Source: Octopus vulgaris (lineage: Eukaryota). From it: DNA of 64,000 bases. A program made the position numbers and the translations under genes. Shown one piece after another: positions 13,400-25,313 of the stretch. The notes beneath the pieces were generated by a model. The model was not told where the DNA came from. It was given only the letters and a program-made list of their open reading frames with translations, and did no database searches. The DNA lies in contig OX597819.1 of assembly GCA_951406725.2 (NCBI GenBank), forward strand, positions 109,616,001 through 109,680,000, read 5' to 3'. The stretch's first letter is position 1; every line of letters begins with the position of its first letter.

Positions 13400-13835
13400 A
13401 CTCGGGGTTTCTTTTTTAGACCCACTGCGAGGCCTCTTGGTTAAGCGTCTCGCTTTTACAGCCCTTGAATAACCAGTGCCTTGTGAGAAAATTTGGTAGA
13501 CGGAAACTGTAAGGAAGTTCGTTATGTGTATCTGTGTGTCCATAGATATATAAGTGTGTATGTTTGATTTGATTTGATCTAGTTTCAGCTCGTGAGCTGT
13601 GGCCATGCTGGGGCACGTCTATGTTTGTTTTTGTCTCTCCTCCCCAATGATGTGCAACCGGTGTTGGTTTGTTCCCGTCCATGTCACACACCGGTTCGGC
13701 AAAAGAGACCGATAGAATAAGTGTCGGACTTAAAAATAAGCACTGGAGGCGATTTGTTTGACTGAATACTCTTCAAGGTGGTGCTCCAGCATGGCCGCAA
13801 TCAAATGAATGAAGCCAGTAAAAGATTAAAAGATA
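13400..13835 (+). mobile_element. SINE family C, diverged or rearranged
   Basis: TTGGTAGACGGAAACTG, GGTTCGGCAAAAGAGACCGATAGAATAAGT and GGTGCTCCAGCATGGCCGCA blocks are shared with 5562 and 60440. Confidence 0.7.
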
Positions 13836-14651
13836 AAACACAAATGACAGAAAAATAAATGTGAATAAAACTGTTTTCTTCCTTCAAGGAAGCCAACAAA
13901 CACGAAACATACAACACCACATATTTTATACATATTTTATACAATCAACACTTTATATTCTATCACAGCCAAGGCTGCGAGCTGGCAGAAACGCTACCAG
14001 TTGAATACTGGGTCGATGTAATCGACTTACCTCCTCCCCGGAAATTGCTGGCCTTGTGCCAAAATTTGAAATCGATACAAGCCCAAGACCACATTTCTAA
14101 GGGTGGGGTTACAGTGGTACTTATTATTTTATCCACCCAGAATGGATAGGAAGCAAAGACGGCCCTTGGTGATTTTGATCTTAGAATGCCGAGAGATGTT
14201 GCTAAAGATTTCAAATCCTTGCCCACCATTTAATCGTTTCTATACTACCACCACCACCACCACCACCACCACCACCACCACCACCATCACTACTACTACT
14301 ACTACTACTACTTGTTGTGTTGATGTTAAAGATTTCCTTCCTCAGTTGGCACAAGATCAATTTTCGATGGAAAAAGTGAGTGAAACAATCCTCAATATTG
14401 TTTTGGTAGTCGATTGTTTCTTTTGTTTTTCGTTTTTCGTTTTGTAACCTGGAACGGATGAAAAAAAAAAAGTCCACCGCACCCCACCGTACCCTACCGT
14501 ACTCCACCGTACCCCAACACTAAGAAAACTGTGTTACTGAAAGAGAAATGCTGCATAAAGCATCCAGTACGGCGTTCTACTTTCTCGACCTTTCCCCCTA
14601 CACGCCAATATTTCTCGACCCTTCCCCCTACACGCCAATATTTAGACAAAT

Positions 14652-14724
<73 letters not shown>

Positions 14725-14820
14725 GAGCCAAAAGCAAAAATACAGGACCGCAAAAAAAGAAAAAGAAACGAATTTTATTTTAAAAATCAATATACGTTTC
14801 TGAATAAATTTTCGCATGTG

Positions 14821-14880
<60 letters not shown>

Positions 14881-14969
14881 GTAATGGATTTCGATATCAT
14901 ACTTGAAATGTAGTAATTACACGAATGAGTGAATTAATAAAATAGATAAAAGCAAAGAAACCAAAAAGA

Positions 14970-15043
<74 letters not shown>

Positions 15044-15603
15044 ATATACATACACACACACACATATATATATAGACATGTGTGTATATATACACACACA
15101 TACACATATATATAGATATATGCATGTATGAATGTACATATGTACACACACATATATATGCATACATATACGTATATACATACATGCATACATGTACACA
15201 CATGCACAGCTCCCCCACATAGACGCACACGTACATGTTCTCCCGCCTCTTTTCCGTTTTTTCAGTCGGAGTCATTCACCCAAAAATATCAATTATTCCA
15301 TATCGAGGTCAATCTTGATTAAACTGGACAGTTTTAACTGGGGAAAGAAAAAAAACCCCCAAAAACAAAGCAAAGCAAAACAAAAAACAAAGCAAAAAAA
15401 AACCCCTTCAAAAGGCGAAACAATGCATCCAAACAAACCAAGGAAATATGGAATGATAAATAAAAAGAAAAGGAAAAGATGGAAGACAACAAAATGGAAT
15501 AAGGGAAAGAAAATATGCAGTTATGAGTTACAAACAATGGAAGAGTTACTGTATTTTTGTGTAAAGTGTAAAGGAACTGGGAGAGACTCTTTATTTCATT
15601 ATT

Positions 15604-15646
<43 letters not shown>

Positions 15647-15952
15647 GCTACTACTGCTATTGCTGCAGCAATGACAACAATAGCAACGACAACAACAATC
15701 TGAATTAACGCAAAAATTGGTGGCAACAACACCAACGGCAAAGTCAAATCAACAAAGGGCACAGCAATTAGAACACAACAAACAACAACAACAGCAGCAA
15801 TAATAGCAATAATAACTGTAATAGCTTCATCAACATCATCATCATCATCGTCGTCGTCGTCATCGTCGTCGTCATCAGCAGCAACGTCGGCACCAATAGA
15901 AACAGCAACACCATTTTAAATCCTTGACAATGGCTTCAATAAATGATAATAA

Positions 15953-16799
15953 TTTCTACTAAAGGCACAAGGCCTAAGATTTTGGAGAAGGGTGCTGATC
16001 GATTACATCGACCCCAGTACAAAACTGGTACTTATTTCATCGATTCCGAGAGGATGAAAGGCAAAGGTCGATCTAGGCGGAATTTGAATTCAGAAAGTAA
16101 AGACAGACGAAATGCCGCTAAGCATTTTGTCCGGCTTGTTGACAATTTTGCCAGCTTGCCACTTTAAAAATATAGGAATGATATTCCTTTCTACTCTATG
16201 CACAAGGCCTGGAATTTTTGAGGAAGGTTCCAGTCAATAAGATCGAGCTCAGTACGCAACTGGTACTTAGTTTATCGACCCCGAAAGGATGAAAGGCAAA
16301 ATCGACCTCGGCGGAATTTGAACTGAGAAAGTAAAGTCAGACGAAACACCGCTAAGCATTTCGCCCGGGGTGCTAACGTTTCTTATTTCTTTACTGCCCA
16401 CAAGGGGCTACATACAGAGGGGACAAACAAGGACAGACAAACGGATTAAGTCAATTATATCGACCCCAATGCGTAACTGGTACTTATTTAATCGGCCCCG
16501 AAAGAATGAAAAGCAAAGTCGACCTCGGTGGAATTCGAACTCAGAACGTAGCGGCAGACGAAATACCTATTTCTTTACTGCCCATAAGGGGCTACACACA
16601 GAGGGGACAAACAAGGACAGACAAACGGATCAAGTCGATTATATCGACCCCAGTGCGTAACTGGTACTTATTTACTCGACCCCGAAAGGATGAAAGGCAA
16701 AGTCGACCTCGGCGGAGTTTGAACTCAGAACGTAACGGCGGACGAAATACCGCTAAGCATTTTGCCCGGCGTGCTAACGATTCTGCCAACTCGCCGCTT
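15953..16799 (-). mobile_element. SINE family B cluster and tandem array (4 bodies)
   Basis: Repeated ATCGACCCCGAAAGGATGAAAGGCAAAGTCGACCTCGGCGG. Head at 16799; junction GAAATACCTATTTC at 16560. Confidence 0.88.
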
Positions 16800-17183
16800 T
16801 ATATAGGAATAATATTAATTAAGACAATGTAACCAACAGCAACAACAGTAACAACACAATTTAACGAATCAACTCCAACCATAACAGTAGTAACAACAAC
16901 AGCAACATCTACAACAGGTTCAACGGCATAAATTGGGGCAGAAAAAAAACTGTTGTTGTTGTTGTAGTTGTTGAAAACTGGGTCGATGTAATCGACTTAC
17001 CTCCTTCCCCAGAAATTGCTGGTCTTGTGCCAAAATTTGAAATCGATACAAGCCCAAGACCACATTTCTAAGGGTGGGATTACAGTGGTACTTATCATTT
17101 TATCCACCCAGAATGGATAGGAAGCAAAGACGGCCCTTATTGATTTTGATCTTAGAATGCCGAGAGATGTTGCTAAATTTTTC

Positions 17184-17220
<37 letters not shown>

Positions 17221-17222
17221 AT

Positions 17223-17578
17223 GAGTGGTTGTGTGGTAAGTAGCTTGCTTACCAACCACATGATTCTGGCTTCAGTCCCACGGCGTGGCACTTTGGGCAA
17301 GTGTCTTCTTCTATAGTTTCGGGCCGTGAGTGGATTTGGTAGACAGAACTGAAAGAAGCCCGACGTATATATATATATGTATGTGTGTCTGTGTTTGTTC
17401 CTCCAGCATCGCTTGACAACCGATACTGGTGTGTTTACGTCCCCTTAACATTAGCGGTTCGGCAAAATAGACCGATAGAATAAGTACTATGCTTACAAAG
17501 AATAAGTCCTGGGGTCGATTTGCTCGACTAAAGGCGGTGCTCCAGCATGGCCGCAGACTGAAACAAGTAAAAGAGTAA
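17223..17578 (+). mobile_element. SINE family C inserted into a duplicated segment
   Basis: Homologous to 5562-5889. Absent from the paralogous segment at 14210-14220; AAATCAT on both sides. Confidence 0.85.
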
Positions 17579-17619
17579 ATCATTGTCCACCATTTAATCG
17601 TTTCTACACCACCACCATC

Positions 17620-17685
<66 letters not shown>

Positions 17686-17692
17686 GCTGCTG

Positions 17693-17736
<44 letters not shown>

Positions 17737-18099
17737 GCTACTGCTGCTGCGGCTACTACCACTACTAAGATCACAAGAACAAAGACAAAAGAGTAACCGG
17801 TGGTGGCAGCGAAAATCTCATTAACAAAATCAAGCACTAATGAAAAGAAAAACAACTACAGTAATAACAATATCAGAAATAAGCACAAGACCACAATTAG
17901 GCGTGGGTGGGGATACTTAATCGATTATATCGATCTTAGCAATTGTCTAAGTGCCAACGGCCAGTGCTAGTCTTCCGATCATGCAAATATCCCTACCCAA
18001 GCCACAGTTGGTCACCACAGGCAGGTAGATTTATAACCAACTGTTAGATAAATCGACCACGGCTTGAATGGTACATATATACATACATACATACATACA

Positions 18100-18135
<36 letters not shown>

Positions 18136-18231
18136 CACACACACGTATCTATTTTTCCATTAAGGGAAGATAAACAAAAAAGTACTCCGTCCAGGGAGAG
18201 ATAAATATCATTTAATGTATACAGCATGATG

Positions 18232-18437
18232 ATACGAGCTACTGATACTTGCTTGCAGCGAAGACACGTATTTAAGTAACTGTTATAATCCGCCTTGTGT
18301 CTGCAAGCAATCTTCAGACTCTGAGAGAACAGACTATGTGCTCAGAGAGCCTGAATATATTGCTTGCACACTCAGGGCGTTCTATAAAAGCTGCCTAATC
18401 ACGTGTCTTCACTGCAAGAAACAATTAGTGCCTCGTA
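18232..18437. repeat. Fold-back element (~95-bp imperfect arms), each arm with a decayed hammerhead-like motif
   Basis: ATACGAG...CTTGCAGCGAAGACACGT...CTCTGAG / CTCAGAG...ACGTGTCTTCACTGCAAG...CTCGTAT. Left arm (minus) has CTGAAGA; right arm has CTGAATA...CTGCAA-GAAA-CAATTAG. Confidence 0.7.
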
Positions 18438-18438
18438 T

Positions 18439-18470
<32 letters not shown>

Positions 18471-18510
18471 AATATATATATAATAAATAATAATAAAGGG
18501 TAAAATTAAT

Positions 18511-18585
<75 letters not shown>

Positions 18586-18599
18586 ATATATATATAATG

Positions 18600-19255
18600 A
18601 ATAATAATAAAGGGTAAAATTAATTAATCAATTAAAAATTACTAATTTTACCAAGTAGTTCGGTATGTTAAAAGAACCATTATCTGTAACCTTATACAAA
18701 AAAAATTCTATAATTATAAGCATAACTATAATTAGGGTTCAGCAAAAATTGCTTCACCACATACCGAAATTTAGAAATACTATTCTACTACCATAGGATA
18801 TCTGCCAGACAGCAATACTCTCAACTCACGCAGGTAACGATAAAAAAAAATAACGAATCCACCCGGCTTTGAATAACTATATACGCGTTTCTGGGTTAAA
18901 GAGATGTAAAAAGATGTAAAATCATATTTCTACTCACTTACTCCCGTCTTCAGTATAGAATTTCAATTTTAAATTTGAGGGCACTGATAATTAACATACG
19001 TACTCGACCAAGCGCCATCGAGCAGCATATATCAAGCTGCTCGATAGCGCTTGGTTGAGTACGTATGTTAATTATCAGTGCCCTCAAATCTAAAATTGAA
19101 ATACTATACTGAAGACGGGAGTGAGTAGAAATATGATTTTACATCTTTTTTTTCTCTTTACCTGGAATAGTATTTAACTGCTATTTCTAAATTTCGGTAT
19201 GTGGTGAAGCAATTTTTGCTGAACCCTAATTATAATTATGCTTATAATTATGGAA
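18600..19255. mobile_element. PLE-type terminal repeat as inverted pair inside (TA)n
   Basis: 18709-18779 is inverted at 19183-19250 and 18910-19026 is inverted at 19036-19148. Carries the HHR at 18877-18958. Homologous to 46690-47380. Confidence 0.7.
18877..18958 (-). ncRNA. Type I minimal hammerhead ribozyme with long stem II
   Basis: Minus strand: CUAUA-CUGAAGA-CGGG(~50 nt)CCCA-GAAA-CGCG-UA-UAUAG. Stem I CUAUA/UAUAG is perfect and stem III is palindromic. Confidence 0.7.
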
Positions 19256-19302
19256 TTATATATATATATATGATATAAGGGAGTATAATAATATACATAT
19301 AT

Positions 19303-19381
<79 letters not shown>

Positions 19382-19405
19382 AATATAAATAAGAGATACC
19401 CTAAA

Positions 19406-19436
<31 letters not shown>

Positions 19437-19509
19437 TATATATGAATATATATGTATATTATTATATGAAATATATATATATATATGAATATATATGTAT
19501 ATTATTATA

Positions 19510-19600
<91 letters not shown>

Positions 19601-19603
<3 letters not shown>

Positions 19604-19810
19604 CATGTTGAATCCCTAGCTTCTGCACGCATTTTTTTCTCTCCTTGTTTCTCTCCGTGTTTCTTTTCTGTGTATCTTTCTGTTGAAGAGCGTAGGCTCG
19701 AAACGTAAAAGACTTGTTTTATTTATATTCCTGAGCGCCATACTAATACAATTGTTTGTTTGTACTCCACCTGCCTTCGTCTTTTGTTTATTTTCATATA
19801 GCTTCCCGTT
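19601..19810 (+). mobile_element. ~200-bp PLE-type terminal repeat in (TA)n, carrying an HHR variant
   Basis: Homologous to 49099-49283. Both copies are bounded by (TA)n. Confidence 0.7.
19675..19712 (+). ncRNA. Minimal type I hammerhead-like motif, A6U core variant
   Basis: UCUUU-CUGUUGA-A-GAGC(GUAG)GCUC-GAAA-CG-UA-AAAGA; stems I and II are perfect. Confidence 0.65.
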
Positions 19811-20499
19811 ATATATATATATATATATAGATGGCACTCTTTTTATTTCTCTATAACTTTTGGAGGAAAAACAAAATGAAGTAGACTGACATGTAGTTGG
19901 ATATATACACACACATACATTGCTGACGTCATAAAAGCTTATAAACCTTCGACAGAAAGTGAGATGATTCTTTTTGGGACTTCGTAGCACATAAAGCTGC
20001 ACTAGCATGTATGTACACACACAAACACACACATACACAGACACACACACGCACACACATACACACACTCTCACGTACATATACACATATGCACACATAT
20101 GTACTTAATCTCATGACGCATTGTGACTGGCAATCAGAAACTCATCGAATTCCGTGGTTAATTAATATCTTCAGTAGTAGCAGCAGCAGCAGTAGCAGCA
20201 GCAGTAGCAGCAGCAGTAGCAGCAAAATGTATGGTTTGTATTTCAAATTATACGCATTCGCAACACTGAAATAGAATTTGCTGTGAAAAAATGCTTTGCT
20301 CGAATCACTGAAATCAACATTAAAAATTGAATATTTGTTTAATTAATTAAAATGAGGTGTTATATTCAATTATATGTATAAATATTTAGTAGTAATCTAC
20401 ACACACCTCACACGCAAGCGCGCACATACACTCACAACACAAAATGCCTTTTTATGCAAACGCTCCGCGATAAGGTTCAATATAAAGATAGGTATCAGG

Positions 20500-20589
<90 letters not shown>

Positions 20590-20673
20590 TACATATAGAA
20601 TAGTGGTACAACAATGCACCAATATTTACTGGAATTAGCAGTCGATAATATACGACGCTATAGTAAAGCTTCA

Positions 20674-20748
<75 letters not shown>

Positions 20749-20792
20749 TTGCAAGATTTTTGATGTGAAATCGTGTGTTGAAACAGATATTG

Positions 20793-20900
20793 TTGTATTT
20801 AGGAATGGTCATTTTGCCAGTTTAGCTGAAACAAAGTAACACCAAATATATAGTGCGTGTGTTTTTATTGGCTAAACTGGCAATATGACCATTCCTAAAT

Positions 20901-20904
<4 letters not shown>
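20793..20904. repeat. Inverted repeat, 34-bp arms, between (TA)n tracts
   Basis: TTGTATTTAGGAATGGTCATTTTGCCAGTTTAGC / GCTAAACTGGCAATATGACCATTCCTAAATACAA (1 mismatch). Confidence 0.85.
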
Positions 20905-20935
<31 letters not shown>

Positions 20936-22003
20936 TGGCAAAGGTATTTGTGGGTGGCGAACATAAAAAAAAATTCATCTTACTTGTAGGAAGAACATTA
21001 AAAGAAAAGAATATCAGGCTTATACATATATACATATAATGTATTGGCTAGCGTAGGTAGATAGATTTATTATGTGAAAATTTGACAACCTGTTCAGGGT
21101 TTCACCCCGGATTTGACTGTTCACAACCACCGTGAATAGCCCAACTCAGAGAAAACTTTTGATATAAACACACACACACACGTTTTGTGGATGGAAGTAA
21201 GACGAAGAAAATTAGATGAAATTACGGTAGCGAGTGTTAAATTGAAAGGAGGATTGTATCAGATAATTTCCTTTTCTAGCTTGTATGGGTTACAGTTCTT
21301 GTAGTATTTTAAACATATGTAAAACATCATTGTAGTGTTCATAAGAATTTGTGAATGTTTGCTGGCGAAGTATTCTGAATGCATGTGAAATATTTAAAAC
21401 TAAGTTATGAATAATGTTCTTGGGGTGGTTAGATAGTATGCAGATATATAAAAGAGAAAATCTATGGAGCTGGTTTGGTACTATTAGACCATGTCAGTAT
21501 AATGTTATCTAAGCAAGCCTGCGTCGATCCGTTTAAGGAATTTTCATTCTCGTAATGTGCCATATTTCACCTATTGACCTATTCTCCGACTGTTAAACAG
21601 CGGAAGTGATTGTCTTGTATTACAGAAATATTGTAAGTTGTTCCCTGTGCTCTCCTGACTGTGCAGAGAAAGAGAGGATAAGGAAGCGAGAGAGAAAGAA
21701 AGAAAGAGAGCGAGAAAGAAAGAGAGTGGGAGAGAGATAGAAAGAGAGACAGAGAAAGAAAGAGAGAAGGAGAGATAGACAGAAAGAGAGAGAGAGAAAG
21801 AGAGAGAGAAAGAGGGAGAGAAAGAGAGAGTTAAAATGGGACAAAAATGAATTAGAATGAGACAGAGGGAAAGGAGAAAGAGACAAAGTAAGAGAGAGAG
21901 AGAGAGAGTGAGAGAGCGAGAGCAAGAGAGGGAATGTAAGAGAGAAGATAAAGAAGTGAGAGAAAAAGAACGAAAAGAGAGAGGATTAAAACATAGAATG
22001 GGA

Positions 22004-22051
<48 letters not shown>

Positions 22052-22486
22052 AGAGAGAGAGAGATTAGTTCCAAAATTTGATTCTTACTTTAATTTATCG
22101 ACTACGGAAGGATGAAAGACATTGCTGGACTCGGCAGGACTTGAACAAAGAAGGATGGCAATCGGAACAGTTGCGGCAGAGCATTTGTTTGACGCACGAA
22201 CGATTAGACTAACAGCGATGACAGAAATTTCTATGTAGAAAAAGATTAACGAAGGTTTTTTTTTTTTACCAATACTCATGTGCGTAATTTAAAGAAAATA
22301 AAATGAGCCAAGGGAAATAAATCAAATTGATCAATAGCAAGTACAAGTAAAATGGGGCGGAGGTTGTAGTGAATGACGTATGTTACAAGATTTAATCAAA
22401 ATTTCTTTCTTTGTCGGGTGTTTAGAAGTGTGTATGGGTATCTGAAAGTATGATTGTCCGTGTTAGAGTGTGAATGTGTGTGTGTG

Positions 22487-22570
<84 letters not shown>

Positions 22571-22609
22571 CATCCATCTATCTATCTATCTATCTGTCTG
22601 TCTAACTAG

Positions 22610-22667
<58 letters not shown>

Positions 22668-22676
22668 GCCTGCCTG

Positions 22677-22767
<91 letters not shown>

Positions 22768-23174
22768 TTATAAACACAAATCATGCCTGAAGTTGTATAG
22801 CAAGAAATTGCAGAACTCTCATATGTCGGTTAACGACGGAAGAGTCCATGATATATACATATATATGTATACACATACGCATATATACCTATACATACAT
22901 ACATGTATATGTGACTGAATGCTGGTGTTTGAATGTGTGTGCATGTAGGGTAGTACCCTGTGTGTGAGACAATGATTTAGAGAAAATAGTAGGAGAGAAA
23001 GAGAGAAGGAGGGAGAAAGTGGAGTGTATGTATGCGCGCATGCGCGCGTGTGTATGAGGAAGTGTGAATTAGAGAGTGTGACTGAAACAAAGAATTGATG
23101 GATGGTGAAAGCAAACAGGCGCTGAAAAGCAGAATATATATATATATATGTGTCTGTATATATATATATATGTG

Positions 23175-23214
<40 letters not shown>

Positions 23215-23247
23215 CACACACACACATATATATATATATATACACAG

Positions 23248-23307
<60 letters not shown>

Positions 23308-23373
23308 ATATATATATATATGTGTGTGTATATATATGAACACATCGCTGTTGCCGTCAAGGCATAAACCTAC

Positions 23374-23448
<75 letters not shown>

Positions 23449-24119
23449 TGTATATGTATATCTGTACACAAAAAAAAGAGAGAGAGAGAGAGAGGGTGGG
23501 GAGGAAAGGAAAGACAGAGTAACTAGACGGGGAACCCTGACACACTGATCTTGCCAAAAATCAACCATTTTTATTTTCCTGCTCTCTTCCGGTCTTACTT
23601 CGAATCCAGAATAGTTTTAATGTACGGTCTTTTAGTGCACCAGGTTCTACCTGCCTGCAACTTAACTCTTATCTAAAGTACATTTCCCAAGTGTGACTTC
23701 AGCTCATGTACTGTTAGGTGTGTTTGAGTCTGTACGTATCTTTGTTTGAACATGTGCCTGTGTGTGCCTGTTGTTTGTGTGTGTGCGTTTGTGTGTTTCC
23801 ATGTGCTTCTGTGCGGTTATGTATGCTCACGGGAGTGTTTTCGTGTGTTTGCCTGTAGCTTTGTGTGTGTATGTGCGTACTTGCGTATGCCTGCGTGCAG
23901 CATTGTGTATGTGTCTGTGTGTGTACTCGTATGTAACTTTTTGTGTGTGTGTGTGTCTGAGTGCGTGCTTGCGCTCGTGTCTTGTCTTTTATGTTGCATA
24001 CTAAATTATTTCTATTTCAAGAATAACATAATTTATAAATATTTTATTTATTTGTTTCTACGCAGTGCGTAACACAGAAAGCGCTCTGGACTAATTATCA
24101 CTCCGCAGAGTCGATATTC

Positions 24120-24350
24120 GTGGAGGTGCGTGACTTTATTGGTGAGGTTGTTGAACTCATGATCGTAAGATTGTAGTTTCAATTCCGGGACTGGGTGATA
24201 CATTGTGTTGTTGAGCAAAACACTTCATTTCATGCTGAGCTGGTAAAATGAGTAATCCTGCGACGGACCGGCGTTCTGTCAGCGAATTTTTTCCCCACGA
24301 GAGTTCCGGACCCTCAATAAAGTACTCATTTGCATACAGCCAATCAGAGC
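24120..24350 (+). mobile_element. Old family A-like SINE head joined to a repeat block with ATTTGCAT and CCAAT
   Basis: ATGATCGTAAGATTGTAGTTTCAATTCC...GAGCAAAACACTTCATTTC. The tail block recurs inverted at ~25415-25490. Confidence 0.55.
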
Positions 24351-25097
24351 TCATCTTCACCTTGTCAAGTTAACAAACGATGGCATTCAAAATGGCGACC
24401 TCCGATTACCATGCGAATCTTGTATGATGCTCTTATTCAGATACCAATATCATTCGATGCTGAACACACAGGCTTGTTAGCAGTAGGTTTGAATTACTAT
24501 AGCAATCAAAGATAATGTTTTGGACGAATATGAAAGTACAGAAACTGCTTGAAGGTTTTATAAATACACTGTTGTCAATATTCTGAAAATACCACACCGT
24601 CGAGGTCGACTTTGCCTTTCATCCTTTCGGGGGTCAATAAATTTAAGTACCAGTTGCGTACTGGGTCGATCTAATCGTATGGTCCCCTCCCCCAAAATTT
24701 CGGGCCATGTGCCTTGAGTAGAAAAGAATATTTGTAAACTATGTGTTATGTCTCCGGCAATTTTATTTCATGTAAATAATCTTATTTAGCTGTAATTTTT
24801 ACCACACCTTACAACCACAAGTATTTAATGCAAATGCGATAAACAACACGTTACATGCGATAAGCACATTACAATTTTTAGCAGAATGATTTAGAAGAAT
24901 TAGATGTCCTTCGGGAATTTCCTGTCATGTAAGTAAATGTTTATGATAATTTAAAAGAGAAAAACAGTTAGTTTTAAATCTCTGAGCGAGATGTTGGTAA
25001 ATTTAATCTAAAAGATTCATCCAAAAAATCTTATTTAGCTGTTATTTTTAGCACACCTCACAGCATCTCAAAGCTCAATGACAAAAAGAAACAACAT

Positions 25098-25313
25098 TCT
25101 TCTCTACTCTAGGCACAAGGCCCGAACTTTTGTGGGAGAGGCCAGTCGATTAGATCGACCTCAGTACGCAAGTGGTACTTAATTTATCGATCCCCGAAAG
25201 GATGAAAGGCAAAGTCGACCTCGGCGGAATTTGAACTCAGAACGTAAGGACAAACGAAATACCGCTAAGCATTTCGCCCGGCGCCTTAACGCTTCTGCCA
25301 ACTCGCCACCTTA
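25098..25313 (-). mobile_element. SINE family B, single copy with CCTTGTGCCTAGAGTAGA tail
   Basis: Complete head and Meta-like domain. A similar partial copy lies at 24596-24727 (+). Confidence 0.85.

Noticed and set aside
21570-21660. Candidate exon after a long pyrimidine tract (minus), or a 7-nt microexon TTACAG-AAATATT-GTAAGT (plus)
   Set aside because: The pyrimidine tract is a GA microsatellite and the peptides are unrecognisable. Unsupported without RNA-seq.
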